From positions 1 to 64,000 of the forward strand of contig NW_020843934.1 in assembly GCF_003704095.1 (NCBI RefSeq): a stretch of DNA of 64,000 nt, read 5' to 3'. The translations under genes and the position numbers were made by a program. Below the pieces are notes generated by a model, which saw only the letters and a program-made list of their open reading frames with translations, was not told where the DNA came from and did no database searches. Below, piece by piece: positions 1 to 12,437 of this stretch (positions are counted from its first letter, which is position 1; every line of letters starts with the position of its first letter). The DNA is from Pocillopora damicornis (Eukaryota).

Positions 1-984
1 AACCCACTTTTATTTGACCTGTGCCCCTGCCTTGTTTTAACTTAGGCCCCATTATCCTGATCGACTCTAGATATACCTCTTGCCAAGGAGTTGAGATTGA
101 TTTTAGGCTTTCATGGTCACTGTCAGTATATATTGACTCCCAAAAAAGCACTTTTGTCAAAAGGTTGGAGGTTTATAGAAAATTAGAGCTTCTCCCATGA
201 ATATACTTGAGGAAAAATACTTCCTTACTGTTATTTTAAGTGTTACATACAATAATAAAGAGTAGTTTTGAAAAATGGTTTTTCATCTGCGTTGAAACTC
301 TCAACTCCATCTAGCCAAGGCCATCTTGTATTGTGTACAACTTTCAGCCATCGTTAGCAGGTCTGTGATACATACCTTGCTAACTCCAGCTGGCAACTCA
401 TTTCCTATATTTATAAAAGATCCATCTTAATGTTAATTGTTTTTAAAAAAAGACATTTGAGAATTTTTTTTATTCTGCTTATAACCTACACCATGTTTCA
501 TAATATGCATTTCTGCTTACAATGCTGTATCCTGATGGTGATGCTCAAAGAGTGTCTTGAAACTTCGAGTAAAAGGGTTTATCAGCGGTTATCAAAAAGA
601 AAATCGTCCACGTCATCTTGCATTCAAAGCAATTCCACATCATTGAGTTTAAATCGTTCAGTGGTTGGAACCGTCTACAGTAACTGGGTCCTGCGATCAG
701 GAAGTTCGAGTTAATGATTAGATTGCTGACAGAACCTACAAGTTCTTATTTCCTGAGCAGACTCTTAAAAAACCAACCTAAAGACATCGCCAAGTTCTCC
801 TTCAAAAAAGTAACACCCTTGCTCGCTACGAAAAAAAAATGATCTCCAGCTTTTGTAACGGCTCGTGGCCACATTTTCTATACAACTTCAAAGAGGATTT
901 ATTAAACTTTTTAAGTTCCTTAGAATTTCTATGCTGGTATAACGTTTAATAATTTAGGAGGTGAGCATAGCTCCAAAAATTTGC

Positions 985-1528
985 CGGAGGTTTCAGTTTT
1001 CAGCGTTTTCTCAGTTGATGTGGTCAGTGCTAGGGAGAAAGCTGATACTGTGGTCGGAGGTGAATGACCTCATTCTGATCGTCACGAGTATCACGCTCGT
1101 CACGACATCTTCCAAAGATCAGTGCCTACTCGGAAATAATTGTAGACATTATTGCGACGCTATGGGGTTGAACGCGGCGGAAACTTAACATGGATTCCAA
1201 GGAACCAAGGAAATTGAAGGAGGATTTTCTTGTGAAAAAGGTACGCATGCTACCAAATAAATCATATCAAACGCCGCTTACAAAAAAAAACAAAGACTAA
1301 ACAAAGAAACAAGAAAATAACTTTGATCGGGATGTCAGTTAACGCNNNNNNNNNNNNNNNNNNNNNNNNNNNNNNNNNNNNNNNNNNNNNNNNNNNNNNN
1401 NNNNNNNNNNNNNNNNNNNNNNNNNNNNNNNNNNNNNNNNNNNNNGTCATTCACCTCCGACCACAGTAGCAGCTTTCTCCCTAGCACTGACCACATCAAC
1501 TGAGAAAACGCTGAAACTGAAACCTCCG
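985..1528. repeat. ~84-bp inverted repeat flanking the assembly gap
   Basis: 985-1068 is the reverse complement of 1446-1528, with one substitution and one 1-nt indel. The N run 1346-1445 lies between the arms. Confidence 0.9.
1346..1445. other. Scaffold gap (100 N)
   Basis: Run of N. Confidence 0.99.
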
Positions 1529-1566
1529 TTCAGATCTCCCTCTTGAGTTACGTGAAATTTGAGGAG

Positions 1567-1749
1567 TACGGTGGCCCACAACTGTCACGCCAATATCAAA
1601 TTTGAAACGACAACTATCAAATTACTTATTGCAAAAACCAAACAACCACGGTAAAAACAAAACCAATTACGACAATTCAAAAGTCACCACGGCAATAGCA
1701 AATCGGTCACAGCAAAAACAAATTCATCATGGCAAAAACTACAGTGGCC
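1567..1749 (+). repeat. Degenerate ~20-21-bp tandem array bounded by TACGGTGGCC / TACAGTGGCC, probably a DNA-transposon end
   Basis: Units like ACGGCAAAAACAAATTCATC repeated ~8 times; direct repeats at 1567-1576 and 1740-1749. Confidence 0.6.
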
Positions 1750-1833
1750 ATGTAGCGAGTCACAAAACGTGACAGGCGCGTAAAATCTGCATGAACTCTT
1801 AGAGTTCTGTAACCTGCTTTGTGACCAGGCTTT

Positions 1834-1864
1834 CAACATGGCGGACAAAAGTAATAGAAAGTAA
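1834..1864 (+). promoter_or_regulatory. YY1-like motif (CAACATGGCGG) and 8-codon uORF upstream of INTS13
   Basis: CAACATGGCGG at 1834-1844; ATG 1838 opens MADKSNRK* ending at 1864. Confidence 0.45.
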
Positions 1865-1898
1865 GCCACGCTTTCCGTGGCTGTAAAAGTCTCTTACG

Positions 1899-4800
1899 AT
1901 GGCTAGCGATAAAGCAAAAGCTCCTATGAAGAGAACTGTGATTGTGTTAGATCACAGTTCCAAATTTCTGACGTTGTCTAAGCAGCATATTGACTTTGAT
2001 GGTGGAGGGAAAAAAAGCAAGAGCAAAGGTTCCAGCTCGACTTCTTCACCTGTTTTCAAGAGCTCTTGGACATGCAGTATCGAAGCGGCAGTCGAGTACT
2101 GTAGAATTGTGTACGATATATTCCCAAATGAGTATCTGGTAAGTCTGGTCACATTTTTTATTTCGTGCTATATTGATTTGTGTGTAAATAATTTTCCTCG
2201 TCTCGTAATTTACGCTAGATAGGTTGGAAAACAAGTCTTTCCCTTTTGGAAAGATATCCGTATAACCCCACACTATTCTTAAACAGAACCGTAGCCCCAA
2301 ATGTAATCCTTTGTTTTTTCGCCATTGTTTTCCAGATCCAATAACTGTATGCATAATGAAGTATGGGGCTGTGTGGGAATCTTGCCCTTTTTTTTTTAAA
2401 GTATTATCCAGTCGCAGTTGTTTTGAGCGGCGAGAAGATATGTACTGGTGAGGAGGGGAAGATGAAGGGTGGGGCTAAGAAGGGGTAGAGGTACTGAATT
2501 TTTTAACGCTCTCCGTAAGAAATAAGAGCTAAAATCTTACTGTAGAAAACCCAGTCTGCAGAGTGTGGGGGAACTCGACGAGATCTTGTACATGCAAAGG
2601 CAATTTTGCCTGATGAAATGTAGAGTAAGAAAGAAAAGGACTTTAAATTAAAAGCAAAAAAACAACAAGAAGAAATTGGTCTTTTTCGATAATATTTTGC
2701 ATTCTTTTCTAAGGTCAAGGTAGTTGTTTCTGATGATGATGCCCATGTGATGAACTCTTGGTCTCATGAACAGCAGTGTGTTCCACAGGTAAGGATGTTA
2801 TCAAATTACATTTATAAGCTCAGTACACTTGTATCTGAGGTTCAAAATCTTGTTGGCAAATAGACCCTGTCACTGACCGGATAGACTGTACAGATTTTTA
2901 TCAGCTTAAACCAGAAATAACACTAAAAACTGGGGCTTATTCTTGTTCTGTAGGTAGACTCAAACCTGTATTTAGCAGTCAACACACAAATTTACTGTGG
3001 GTGACTGCTTTATACAGGTTTGACTTTAATTCATTCTAATTCCCTTATGTTTTTCTGGACATAGGCCATTGACAATTTCCCTTCTCCACCTCTTCCTGTC
3101 CTGGACTTGCCTTTCAAGTGTGGTCCAGGTGTGGCTGCAATTCTTCATCTCAGCCTGAACATCTTGCTGCTAGGTATTGTTTTGGGCATCCTCTTTTCTG
3201 TTTGCCTGAGGGATTCCATTTCAAGGGTTACCTAGGAACACTGTCAGTATTTTTCCTCAAGGAGTGCCCAATCCATTTCCTCTTCCTCCAAATGACTTTT
3301 ATTTGAACAGATACCTGACCTGATCTTTCCCTTAACTCCTTGTTAGTTAATTGCTATAAAATTCATTGTTCTTAATGGTATTTGATAGCTATTAAAGTCT
3401 TTTGCTGGCCTTGGATCCCCTAAGGAAGATAATGGAGAAAACTGTTCCATGATATATGGACTAACATCAGCTGTCCAATGTCTCTATGAACCACCGCCTC
3501 AAAACTCCAAAACGCATCAAACAACTTCTTCTGTTGATACAGGAAGGATTATTTGCATCACAAACTTGAAAAAGTCAGTCCTGTTTTGTTATGTCCTAAA
3601 AGTGAACTTGTGTCATAATGTTCAGCTCTCCAAAATTAGCTTTCTTTAATTTGTTAGCATCAATTTTATTTCAGTGGCTTTGATGTTATTTTTAAATGTA
3701 ATAATTTGGTTACTAGACTTAACCAATAGTATTCGCAAAAAGAAGAATTGTTTTTAAATTAAGTACATGTATCCATTTTATTTTCCTTGTGTTCACCGTT
3801 ACATCCAAACTTTGTTATGCATATTCTTCAATCTGTTCATTTTACATCTCTTATTGTACTGTCAAGTAGAAATTGTTTAACAACTGAACACTTCTTAAGT
3901 TGATTATTTCTTTTAACTCTAATGACCTTATCTACTGTAAGGAGAAATTACTGATGTTAGTCATTCTTGGGGGTTAAAAGGTTAACCCTTTGACTCCCAA
4001 GATCCAAATATCAATTCTCTACACTGTTGGTCAAACATTTCTAATCATTTTAGTTCTGAGAATTTGATGTTAACTTACAAAGTATCCTTGCATTGAAAAT
4101 TTTTGTTTTTCTCCACACCTTTCTGCTTGACAAGATATTCATTCTTGATGAAAAGATTGGTTGCTCCATTCAAGTTGTTTTATGTATTGTGCAGGTGTAT
4201 CGGAAAATGGATCCTCCAAGATCAGCCAGTTAAAATTGTGTTACCATTTCTTTTAGCGAAGGCCATGTCCATGCTCTTGTAGCATGTGCTACTGATATAC
4301 TAGAACAACAGAACAGTGGAGTGGGTTCAAGTGACAGGTAAGAAATTTAAAGAAATTTCTCCTGAGGTCATTTTTCTTGTGTGTGTTTTGTTTGTTTGTT
4401 TTTTTTTTTTATTGACTTCATTCTTTGTTTCTTTTTTACTTACAATATTTTGTAAGAAAATTAAAGACTAAAAAACTTAATCTTATTAATAACATTACAT
4501 TTTCTTGGAACAAACCACATACACTACTGAGGTTACTTACAATTAGGCTTAGATAATAACTGGAATAAATTAGTTAAGTTAACTTGACTTCATTCTTTAG
4601 ACATGTATAAATTCTCTCTTTTATTCTTATTAAATGTCATTAAACAAGAGATGTTCTAGGATTTTTTATTAATGATGTTTATATCAGTGGGAATATATCC
4701 TAGTTTTGATTTGTGATTTCTGGCACTTTTTTGTATTCTCCATACTAAAAGAGAAAAAAGTGACTTCCATCTGGCCCTTTGAACCAATACAAACCATTCT

Positions 4801-7800
4801 TGTTATACATGTAAGGCATTTAATGGTAGACCTGTTTGTTGGTACAGAGATAGTTTGGAGTGATAGCAATTTTTGTGCAAAAAATCACCTTTTTAGTGTC
4901 CAACCAATCAAGAATGTAGACCTCATTTTTATTCATGTCCCTTTGAGTGGAGACAGTGGAAAGTTTACAGAAAAAGCACCAAAGGTATGAACTTGATAGG
5001 ATTACTGAAGACATGAGATTTAACCTTCTCATTTCTGCAATCATAAAGCTTAATTCTCCAAGCATATGGCCCTATTATTTACTATTGGCTAGTATTGAGA
5101 ATTTGGTGTTCTACACCGCATGATAATTTCATTATCATGTGGTGGTTCATTGGTCTGCCTTAGAAGAACCTTTATGAACCTGACCGGATCCAAGCATTTA
5201 AGCCTTGTAGAGAGGGAATGCTCGTAATATGGTGAATAAATAAATAAATGTACAGTACCAAAGGTGATAATTTGTGCACCAAAATTAATAAAATAAATAA
5301 AAAAAAAGGTCACTGTGCTCATTCAATAGCTAATGACCACTGTGCCTCTTTACTTGGTGAATTGATTGAAAAATAATACAGGACATGTCCTTGAGATGTG
5401 CACAGGCTCATTGGCCTGATTATGTGATTTTTGTGTGCAGTACAAGGTGTGCAGTGCAATACTGAGGAATCACCTGAAAGGAAAAATTAGTTTGGGGTTG
5501 ATTTGAAGTGATATTTTTTCTTGGCCAAAACACCCCATTGATACCTTCAAAATTTATAGATAGCTTCTTTGTAGATTATATTCAAAGTCCTGTTTGGAAA
5601 TTGATGACAACAGAAAAATATTTTAAATACAATGTCAGTCATAAGTTTAGCTGTAATAAAGATGAAAATATTGTGCACTTTTCCAGGGATCATCTTTGCT
5701 GTCAATAACCATCAGCTCCCACAAAGCATCTCAGCTGGTTAGTAAACTCAGCATCATGGCACAAAAGCACTTTCATCTGAAGTCTACAACAGTCACAGGG
5801 ATACCAATGAAAGTAGGATATTTTTTTAGTGGTGGACACCATCCTCTAATATTCTGTTTCTTTTGAGTTCAAAAAGAAATTTTTGGTTTTTGGTGATGCC
5901 CAGATGTGCAGCAAGGGTTTATTACAACTGTAGACTGAAGGGATTTTTTTGCCAATGAATTTTTTGTTTGTCAGGAAGAGCAGCACTCTGGAAGCTCAGC
6001 TAACTATGATGTGGAAATTGTCCATTCCTCTCAAGTGCATATGGAGCAGGCTGTTGCAAGTAAGATTGCCTCCATACCACAACCATGTTTGATGTTTGTC
6101 AGTATGCAATTTTAAGTTTTTCCCAGTGTTTGACTGGCAAGCCAGCATGTCTCTCCCAAAATTACATGCTGCACACTACAGACTAATTATTTACATGATT
6201 TTATGAAATTATTATAGACGTGTTTTGTGGTGATGAAACTGCACCGGGGAAAAAGGAAAGTCCTGGAACATCTAAGGATACTGTTCATCTGAAGTGGTGC
6301 ACACCCAAGACAACATCTGCACCAGGTATGTACCCACTTCCTGCCATGTCCATTCCCCATTGCCTGCCCTGCCCATTCCCCACCTCCCGTCCTGTCCATG
6401 CTACACCTCCTCTGCCTGACTGAAGATATGTGTAGTGGTTCAATTTTTTTCCTTAGTTTAAAACTTTTTAAACAACTATCATTTTTACTTGCCTTTGTCT
6501 TTTGCTCGTTGTCATTTCCTGACATAAAGGAAGGTGAAAAAATCAAATTTGTTTCATAGATTTAAAACCAATAAAGGTTATTCCACCACAACATCTGAAT
6601 TTTCTCCACTGAGAAATCATTCCTTTTCCTTTTTTTGGTGTGTGGCTGTATTTACTGTTATTTTTTACCAGACTTTTCTTCTGTTGTTTCAGAGCTTCAA
6701 GCTTGTATTGGTTGTTATAGGATCACACCAGTAGAGGTAATGTTGAATTTTACATCATGGTAAATGATCTGAAAGTTTTTAAATTTATTTTGTATTCATT
6801 AAAACATTTAAATTATGTGGTTAAACTTATATTTTCACTGAATATTTATAAACACTGATGTGAGTTAGTTGAACATTGCATTTTCTCTCTGTGCAGGTCA
6901 ACAGTAGACCTACAGCATGCCTCATTTCTTTCCTGCTACAAGGTAAACTTAAAAAAAAATAACACATCAAAGAAAAAATTTCATGTTTTAGTACCTCTCC
7001 ACACAAAACTTTTATTAATTCAGAAATATATAATATTATTATGCCTTTGTTTTTCTGAAGAATGCAGACAGTGAGGCAGAGATTTGTTTTAAGGCCAAAA
7101 GCAGTGATAAAATTTTCAGAAAGACTTTTCCCTTTCTGAACAAAAAAAGAACAAACAGGGCCCAAAAAACAAGAAAAATTAGTTCACCTTGATTCTTTTT
7201 CCTTGGTCCTTAGCCTTTTGATTGGCCTGTTGGTCTTATTTGTTATTTCCTGACAGGTCGACAAGTTATGTTAGAGCAGCCTAAGAAGTCTGGTGGAAAA
7301 CTGGTGTCCCATATTCTGGCAAGTCATGGAGGTATCAAGGAGCTTTTGCATTAGTTACCTCATCAGCTGGTTTTGGGGGAGTGGGGGGGGAGAGAGACAG
7401 GTATCAATTGCTAGATGTTTTTCAAGTTAGCAGAGATAAGTGAGAAAGCAGCACAAAGGGAAGATCAACAGAAAAAAATGTCATTTGTTCTGCAGGCTTT
7501 TACCTTACATGCTTCTGTTAACCCCTTTTTATACCTCATATCAATATGAATATTCCCCATACAACTCCTAATACATTTCCTATGGTCCTGATAAGGAGAA
7601 TTTGTTTGAAAATCAGAAGCTTCTTTAGTTCACGATCATGCTCCTTATTCTCATGACTTTAATGTATGATTCATCAAGGATGCTCTAAGGAGAAATTGGA
7701 TCCAAGTCACTTTTAGGAGTTAAACCTTTACACCCCAACATCATTATGCATATTCTCCTTACTGTTCTGTATATATTTCCTAAGATGCTGACAAGGAGAA

Positions 7801-10800
7801 TTTGTTTAACAATCAAGAGTTTCTTCAGTTGATGATCGTTTCCTTTATTCTCCTGACCCTAATGTGTGATTCAGGGGTGATATTTTAAGGAGAAATTGGA
7901 TGCTGGTCACTCTTTGGATTCAAAGAGTTAAAAGGGTTAAAGGTTGAATTCATTAGCAGCAGCCCCATTCAAATTCTTATACTCTTGTTCTTTCAGGTGA
8001 TATTTTTATACATTGCTTAGCGACGTACCGTACCCCAATGGAAGATCCCCCATCCATTAGTGAAGGGTGTGGCGGCCGAGTAACAGACTACAGAATCAAC
8101 GTGAGTCTGATTAAATTTAAGATATAAATAAATAAATATAAATACGTTTTCAAAAACGTTGGAATTTGAAAATATACATAATACATTTATACCATTTGTG
8201 CGAGGAAACAAAATGTGTATATGTTTCATATATTTTTTTTTCGAATTGGAACGTTTTTGAAAACAGGTATATATATATGTAAGAAAAGTTGAAAAAGCTT
8301 CGAGTTATCGGGAGTGAAAACAAAGGACCGGATGTGGGGGAAAAACGGTGTTTAGCGTTTTTTCTATTCATACAGGCTGTATTTAAATCAAATTTATTGA
8401 TAGAGAAGTCAGTACACGGAGTAAATGCATGGCGGAAATCAAGGAGAAAAATATTTTGGTTCGAGTTAGCGCGAGGTTCGAGTTATCGGGATTCGACAGT
8501 AGTATACATGGGATCATTGGTCAAGTTTGTGCGCATAGGACTGGTAACGAAAATTGTTTCATTTTAAAAGTTGTTCGTCAAATATGTTTTTTTTAAGGAT
8601 TTTGGTGAATTCATGAAAGCAAACAGACTTGCGCCTTGTTCATGGAACAAAAAGAAAGGAAAGTCGCCCCTAGATAAAGGTATTTAAGTTTTACAAATGA
8701 AGTCAACTGCCATTTTGCGGAAACCGTGGATAACCTACATGTGTTAGTCATGGAAGTAGCTCTGTATGTTAACTTTAAATGGAAAAATATTCTGTAGGTC
8801 TGGCAAGACTGGAGCGCTGTACAAGATACTGGCCCATGGTGATCGGTGAAACACTGCTTTGTAACATGATGCAGGTATGGAAGTATTGACAATGTCGTCA
8901 ACCATTGAGAGTTTTTTTTGCTAAAATGTCACAGAGACACCTCTTCAAAACGTGAAAGGGCCATCTCCATTGTGAATGTTTAAAAGTATTCATATATTTT
9001 TTTCTGTAGTGGAAGTTAATTCTGTTCATATGTTGCACATTCAAACAGCTTTTAAAACCTCTACCAACACTTATGGCGAAGGAGACTGTTACAGAAAATG
9101 ATGTACTTGAATGTAAAAGAGTAAGAACATGGATTTCATTACTTTTATTTCTTACTGGTGAAAAGTAAATAAATAGATAGATAAAAAACGCCTGCACATC
9201 AGAGCTAGGATAAGTTTCAGAATTGACTTTCCACGGTTGATTAGAGTTAGCTTGTTCCGGGCGTTTAGTTAGTAAAACGGAGTTAAAACAGGAGTAGAGT
9301 TAAAGGTTTTTTGACGTGTATTGGAGTGTCTCTTGTGAAGTTTTTTCACACTGAAAGCGAAACTAAATGAAAGGCGCCAAGCTGGATGAAAGATTTACGT
9401 TGACTATGCTTAAACAACTGTTTTTGTTTTGGAAATATAGGTTATCTACAGAGTTCAAGCCATGGAAAGTAGGAATGATCCGCTACCAGTGTCTATGACT
9501 GGAATCAGAGGAAAAGGACCGAAAAGGTAACTTATATAATACCAACCAATTAGAACGGTGATGAACAACGCTTATAACCAATCAGAATTAAGAAAGATAC
9601 GAGAGATGTCGACCGCGGTAAGAAACTAAGCGGTTTTCATGGGCGGTAAGTTATGTAACATCTTGCAAACGTGGGGAAAATACAAATTAACCAATCAGAA
9701 CAATGATGAACAGTGCAATGAACCAATCAGGAGTAGGAAAGATACAATTGGTGTCGGGCCCGGGAAGAATGAAACTACTGTAACGGAATGAAATCTCAAT
9801 CACATCTGGTAAGCGTAGGAAAATACGTAATAGCAAATCACATCTGTGATTGACGATACGATAAACCAATCGGAAGACAAAAAGTTACAACTGGTGTGAA
9901 GCGCAGATATATACAGATTGCGTTAAGGGCGAGAAGTTCCATTTCCTTTGGTAGGCGCGGGAAATTATGTTACTAGCGCATGAAAAAATTTGAACCATAG
10001 ATTTTATTCCGGGCACATATTATTGCTTTGGGTAATTACGTAAACTTTTCGCAAGCAGATTATATGACTGATGTCTTTTGTTTGTTTTTTTTTTTTTTAC
10101 CAGAGAGGAACAGTATCGGCAGATTTGGGCTGAATTGGAGACTTACCTAGAAGCTGCCAGTAGAACATCCAAAATGCATGAAAAGGTGACGACAACAGTT
10201 CTTCTTTAAAACGGCATGGATCTATTAAACCATTTACTTGATTATCGACGCCAATTTTTTTTTTACGCAGAGTAGTGGATACAAAGGCGAAAAGTTTGGC
10301 GACCCCCGTAAAAAGCACGTTTTCACGCTTTCAAGTCTCGTTGCCTAAGACATCCCTCACAAGAACTTAGAGATTTAATTAGTCGAATCCCACTAGTTTC
10401 AACCCTTGACCATGTGAATACTTGACTGTTTATGAAGCTCTGATTTCTTCGGAATTGCGTGTCCAAAATATATCTTGTTTAGCGAAATAATTCCAAGTCG
10501 TATCTTGTATTTTTTTCTCGAAGGTGTTGGAATGCCTGCGTGGCACCAGTCCGTCAAGTAGTACCACAGACAGCCCAAGGAGAGAGACACCTACAGATGA
10601 ACTTGAAAGTGGGTATATCGCTCACCCATCTCGCCTCGTGGTTCATTCTTTCCCTTTCTACTTGCATTTTACTTGCAAAATATGCACGACACAAAAGCAA
10701 TTTGAGTGTCTATCGAGAAAAAAATATTTAAAACCCGTTACAGCCTATTATCAGTAGACTTAGTCTACATGCTGTTCTCTTTACAATTCCTGAGGTGCTT

Positions 10801-12437
10801 ACGAGGAGAATTTTCTTCAACAATCAAGAGCCTCTTTAGTTGGTGATCATTTCTTTTATTCATAATGTGTGATATTGTGGGGAGAAATTAGACTCAAGTT
10901 ACTCCAAGGGATTAAAGGGTGAAACGAAACGTAAAATCTTTTTGCTTGAGGTTCGTTACCGTGAAAAATTATATTCAAATGCACGAAAATGTAACTGCCT
11001 TACCTGCCTACCCTCGGAAGACAACTTGGAATGGTTTCACCCTATTGCTTCCGCAGGCGTTAATCTTTTCTCTCTCTTCTACAGAAAATAATCATTCCAA
11101 ACTTTCAGAAGTTTCGCTCTCTTGGCAGGAGATTGACAGGTCAGTTTATAAAGTATATAGCAGCTGTAGTGTTTATCTCTTTAATTATTACTCTCAAAAA
11201 GAATCGCGTTCAATTTATTCTTTCTCAAGGTTGTAACAGGTTTTTTCCCCCTGAATTTGTAACCTCTCCTTACTTTGCGCACTTGTTTCGTTAGTTAGGA
11301 GACTTCAACGCGGCGGAGCGTCCACAACTCGTCCTCGTGTAACGATAGAAAATAAAGGAGGTAATCTCATGATAAATTTTGCTTTTAAATAATCTCTTTC
11401 AGATACCAAAGTATGACGGAGCGCGAGAAGACTGATTTCAATCGCGGAGATACAAACAATGAACACTTCTTCAAAAGAAGTATTGCGTCAGCGGTTACGG
11501 AGCAGGCGCACAAGAGATTGCGTACCGATAATCAACATGGAATGAATAAACAGACGGGTAGAGGTGAAAAACCATGTGATGAGGCTCAATTTTGGTGTTA
11601 GAAAAAATGTGTACGCGTAGATGATTTCCTTTTACCGTGAATTGTCAGTGAGGCAAAAGGACACTGATTCATGTTGACGGTTGATTCGTTTCTTCCAGGC
11701 CCAGGAAGTTCTCTTCTCTCGATGTGGAACAGTAAAATGAACGCAATAGCAGCCTCGCGGCACGAGGAATTTGCTGGCAGGCTTCAGTCGACAGGGAACA
11801 AAGCCGAGCTTTACTCCAATCCTATGGACAGCGGAAGTAACAGCAGGTAGGGCTTGTACGCGTGTAACTAAGCAAATTCTAAATCTTCCCTCCCGCCTTC
11901 CTAGAAGGATTCGAACCCTAAGGTAGCTCCGATTCCGTGGTCGAATGCTTTACCAACTGAGGTGCACAGGACTCTTTGGCGAGGCGGCAATAAAGTACTA
12001 CCAGCAAAACTAAAACCAATATCGAACAGGTTATTTGTGATTTCCTGCTATTTGAGTTCTCGTTTTTTAGCTGTAGTGGGGCCCAGGGTGAGGGAAGCAG
12101 GCCCCTCTTGGACCCGTTGGTTTGTTTACTACTTGTGTGACAGAGAAAATCTTGCAGAAACAGGATCGCATGATACTACAAAGTATTAAATATTTAGAAT
12201 TTAATTTTCTTGAAATATTTCTTAGTTTGCATAGGTCATGGTGCAAAAAAGATCATATGATCTTTAAATCAAAGTTTGGAAGCGGGAGGGCCCCCCCCCC
12301 CCCATAATAACTTATGTTCTACTTATTCGACACATAATCGAAACCCGCACTTAATAGTTGAATGTTGTTGTTGTTGTTTTTTTTTGTTGCGTTAATCTTT
12401 CAGTGGCAGAGGCACACCCGTGGAAGAATGGCTGTAG
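1899..12437 (+). CDS. INTS13: Integrator complex subunit 13 (Asunder), 22 coding exons, ~712 aa
   Basis: Hand-spliced GT-AG exons: 1899-2138, 2714-2788, 3389-3573, 4257-4337, 4897-4984, 5687-5812, 5975-6059, 6218-6325, 6693-6736, 6897-6942, 7257-7331, 7997-8100, 8598-8679, 8798-8874, 9049-9120, 9441-9526, 10104-10185, 10524-10608, 11085-11139, 11403-11563 (or 11557), 11699-11846, 12404-12437. Phases are consistent (2139 nt). Asunder motifs: TVIVLDHS, WTCSIEAAVEYCRIVYDIFP, GRIICITN, TGIPMKEEQHSGSSANYDVE, LKWCTP, YRITPVEVNSRPTACL, EDPPSISEGCGGRVTDYRINDFGEFM, RYWPMVI, GKGPKREEQYRQIWAELE, SLLSMW...HEEFAGRL. If the last intron is not spliced, the CDS ends at TAG 11848-11850. Confidence 0.95.
2960..3023. 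mobile_element. Minimal palindromic MITE (Tc1/mariner-like TIRs)
   Basis: TCAAACCTGTAT..AGCAGTCA and TGACTGCT..ATACAGGTTTGA form inverted arms with a short spacer. Confidence 0.65.
3040..3340 (-). mobile_element. 5'-truncated, decayed RTE-clade LINE (ORF C-terminus)
   Basis: Minus strand reads WRKRKWIGHSLRK...WNPSGKQKRGCPK, then after a frameshift DVQAEMK...TWTTLERQVQDRKRWRREIVNGLCP. This is the typical RTE C-terminal pattern (WIGH-LR, WNPxGKRxRGRP, AQDRxxWR). Contains stops. Confidence 0.75.
3885..4140. mobile_element. Two partial TTAA-family MITE copies joined at a TTAA
   Basis: Junction GGGGGTTAAAAGGTTAACCCTTTGACTCCC at ~3968-3998; internal motifs shared with the 36040 copy. Confidence 0.6.
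7518..7940. mobile_element. Tandem pair of ~210-bp TTAA-flanked (piggyBac-like) MITEs
   Basis: Starts TTAACCCC, ends AAGGGTTAA; two similar units (7518-7723, 7720-7940), both with AAGGAGAATTTGTTT and AAGGAGAAATTGGAT. Confidence 0.75.
8298..8502. mobile_element. One end of a pogo/Tigger-like non-autonomous element
   Basis: Repeated TTCGAGTTA(T/G)CG sub-terminal motifs ending ...CGAGTTATCGGGATTCGACAGTA. Confidence 0.5.
9543..9990 (+). repeat. Degenerate tandem repeat with AACCAATCAG motifs (~145-bp duplication)
   Basis: AACCAAT(T/C)AGAAC..TGATGAACA..AACCAATCAG..GAAAGATAC occurs at ~9544 and ~9689, followed by decayed GCGCGGGAAA-type units. Confidence 0.55.
10769..10922. mobile_element. Partial TTAA-family MITE
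   Basis: Shares GGAGAATTT..AACAATCAAGAG..GATCATTTC..GGAGAAATTAGA..TTAAAGGGT with the 7720 copy. Confidence 0.65.
11890..11975 (-). mobile_element. tRNA-derived SINE head
   Basis: Minus strand has an A-box-like TCAGTTGGTAAAGC and B-box GGTTCGAATCC, but no complete cloverleaf; resembles the 21233 copy. Confidence 0.55.

Noticed and set aside
1-960. ORF 430-714 and exon-like minus-strand segments
   Set aside because: No recognisable motifs and I could not build a stop-free spliced frame; may be a decayed element or UTR.
1262-1450. 62-aa ORF with X run
   Set aside because: Artefact of the N gap.
1567-1749. CRISPR-like array
   Set aside because: Eukaryotic context; degenerate contiguous units without unique spacers.
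7332-7340. GTATC donor as a possible U12 intron
   Set aside because: Sequence is GTATCAAG, not GTATCCTT.
11890-11975. Possible tRNA gene
   Set aside because: Has A/B boxes but no consistent acceptor or anticodon stems; better explained as a SINE head.
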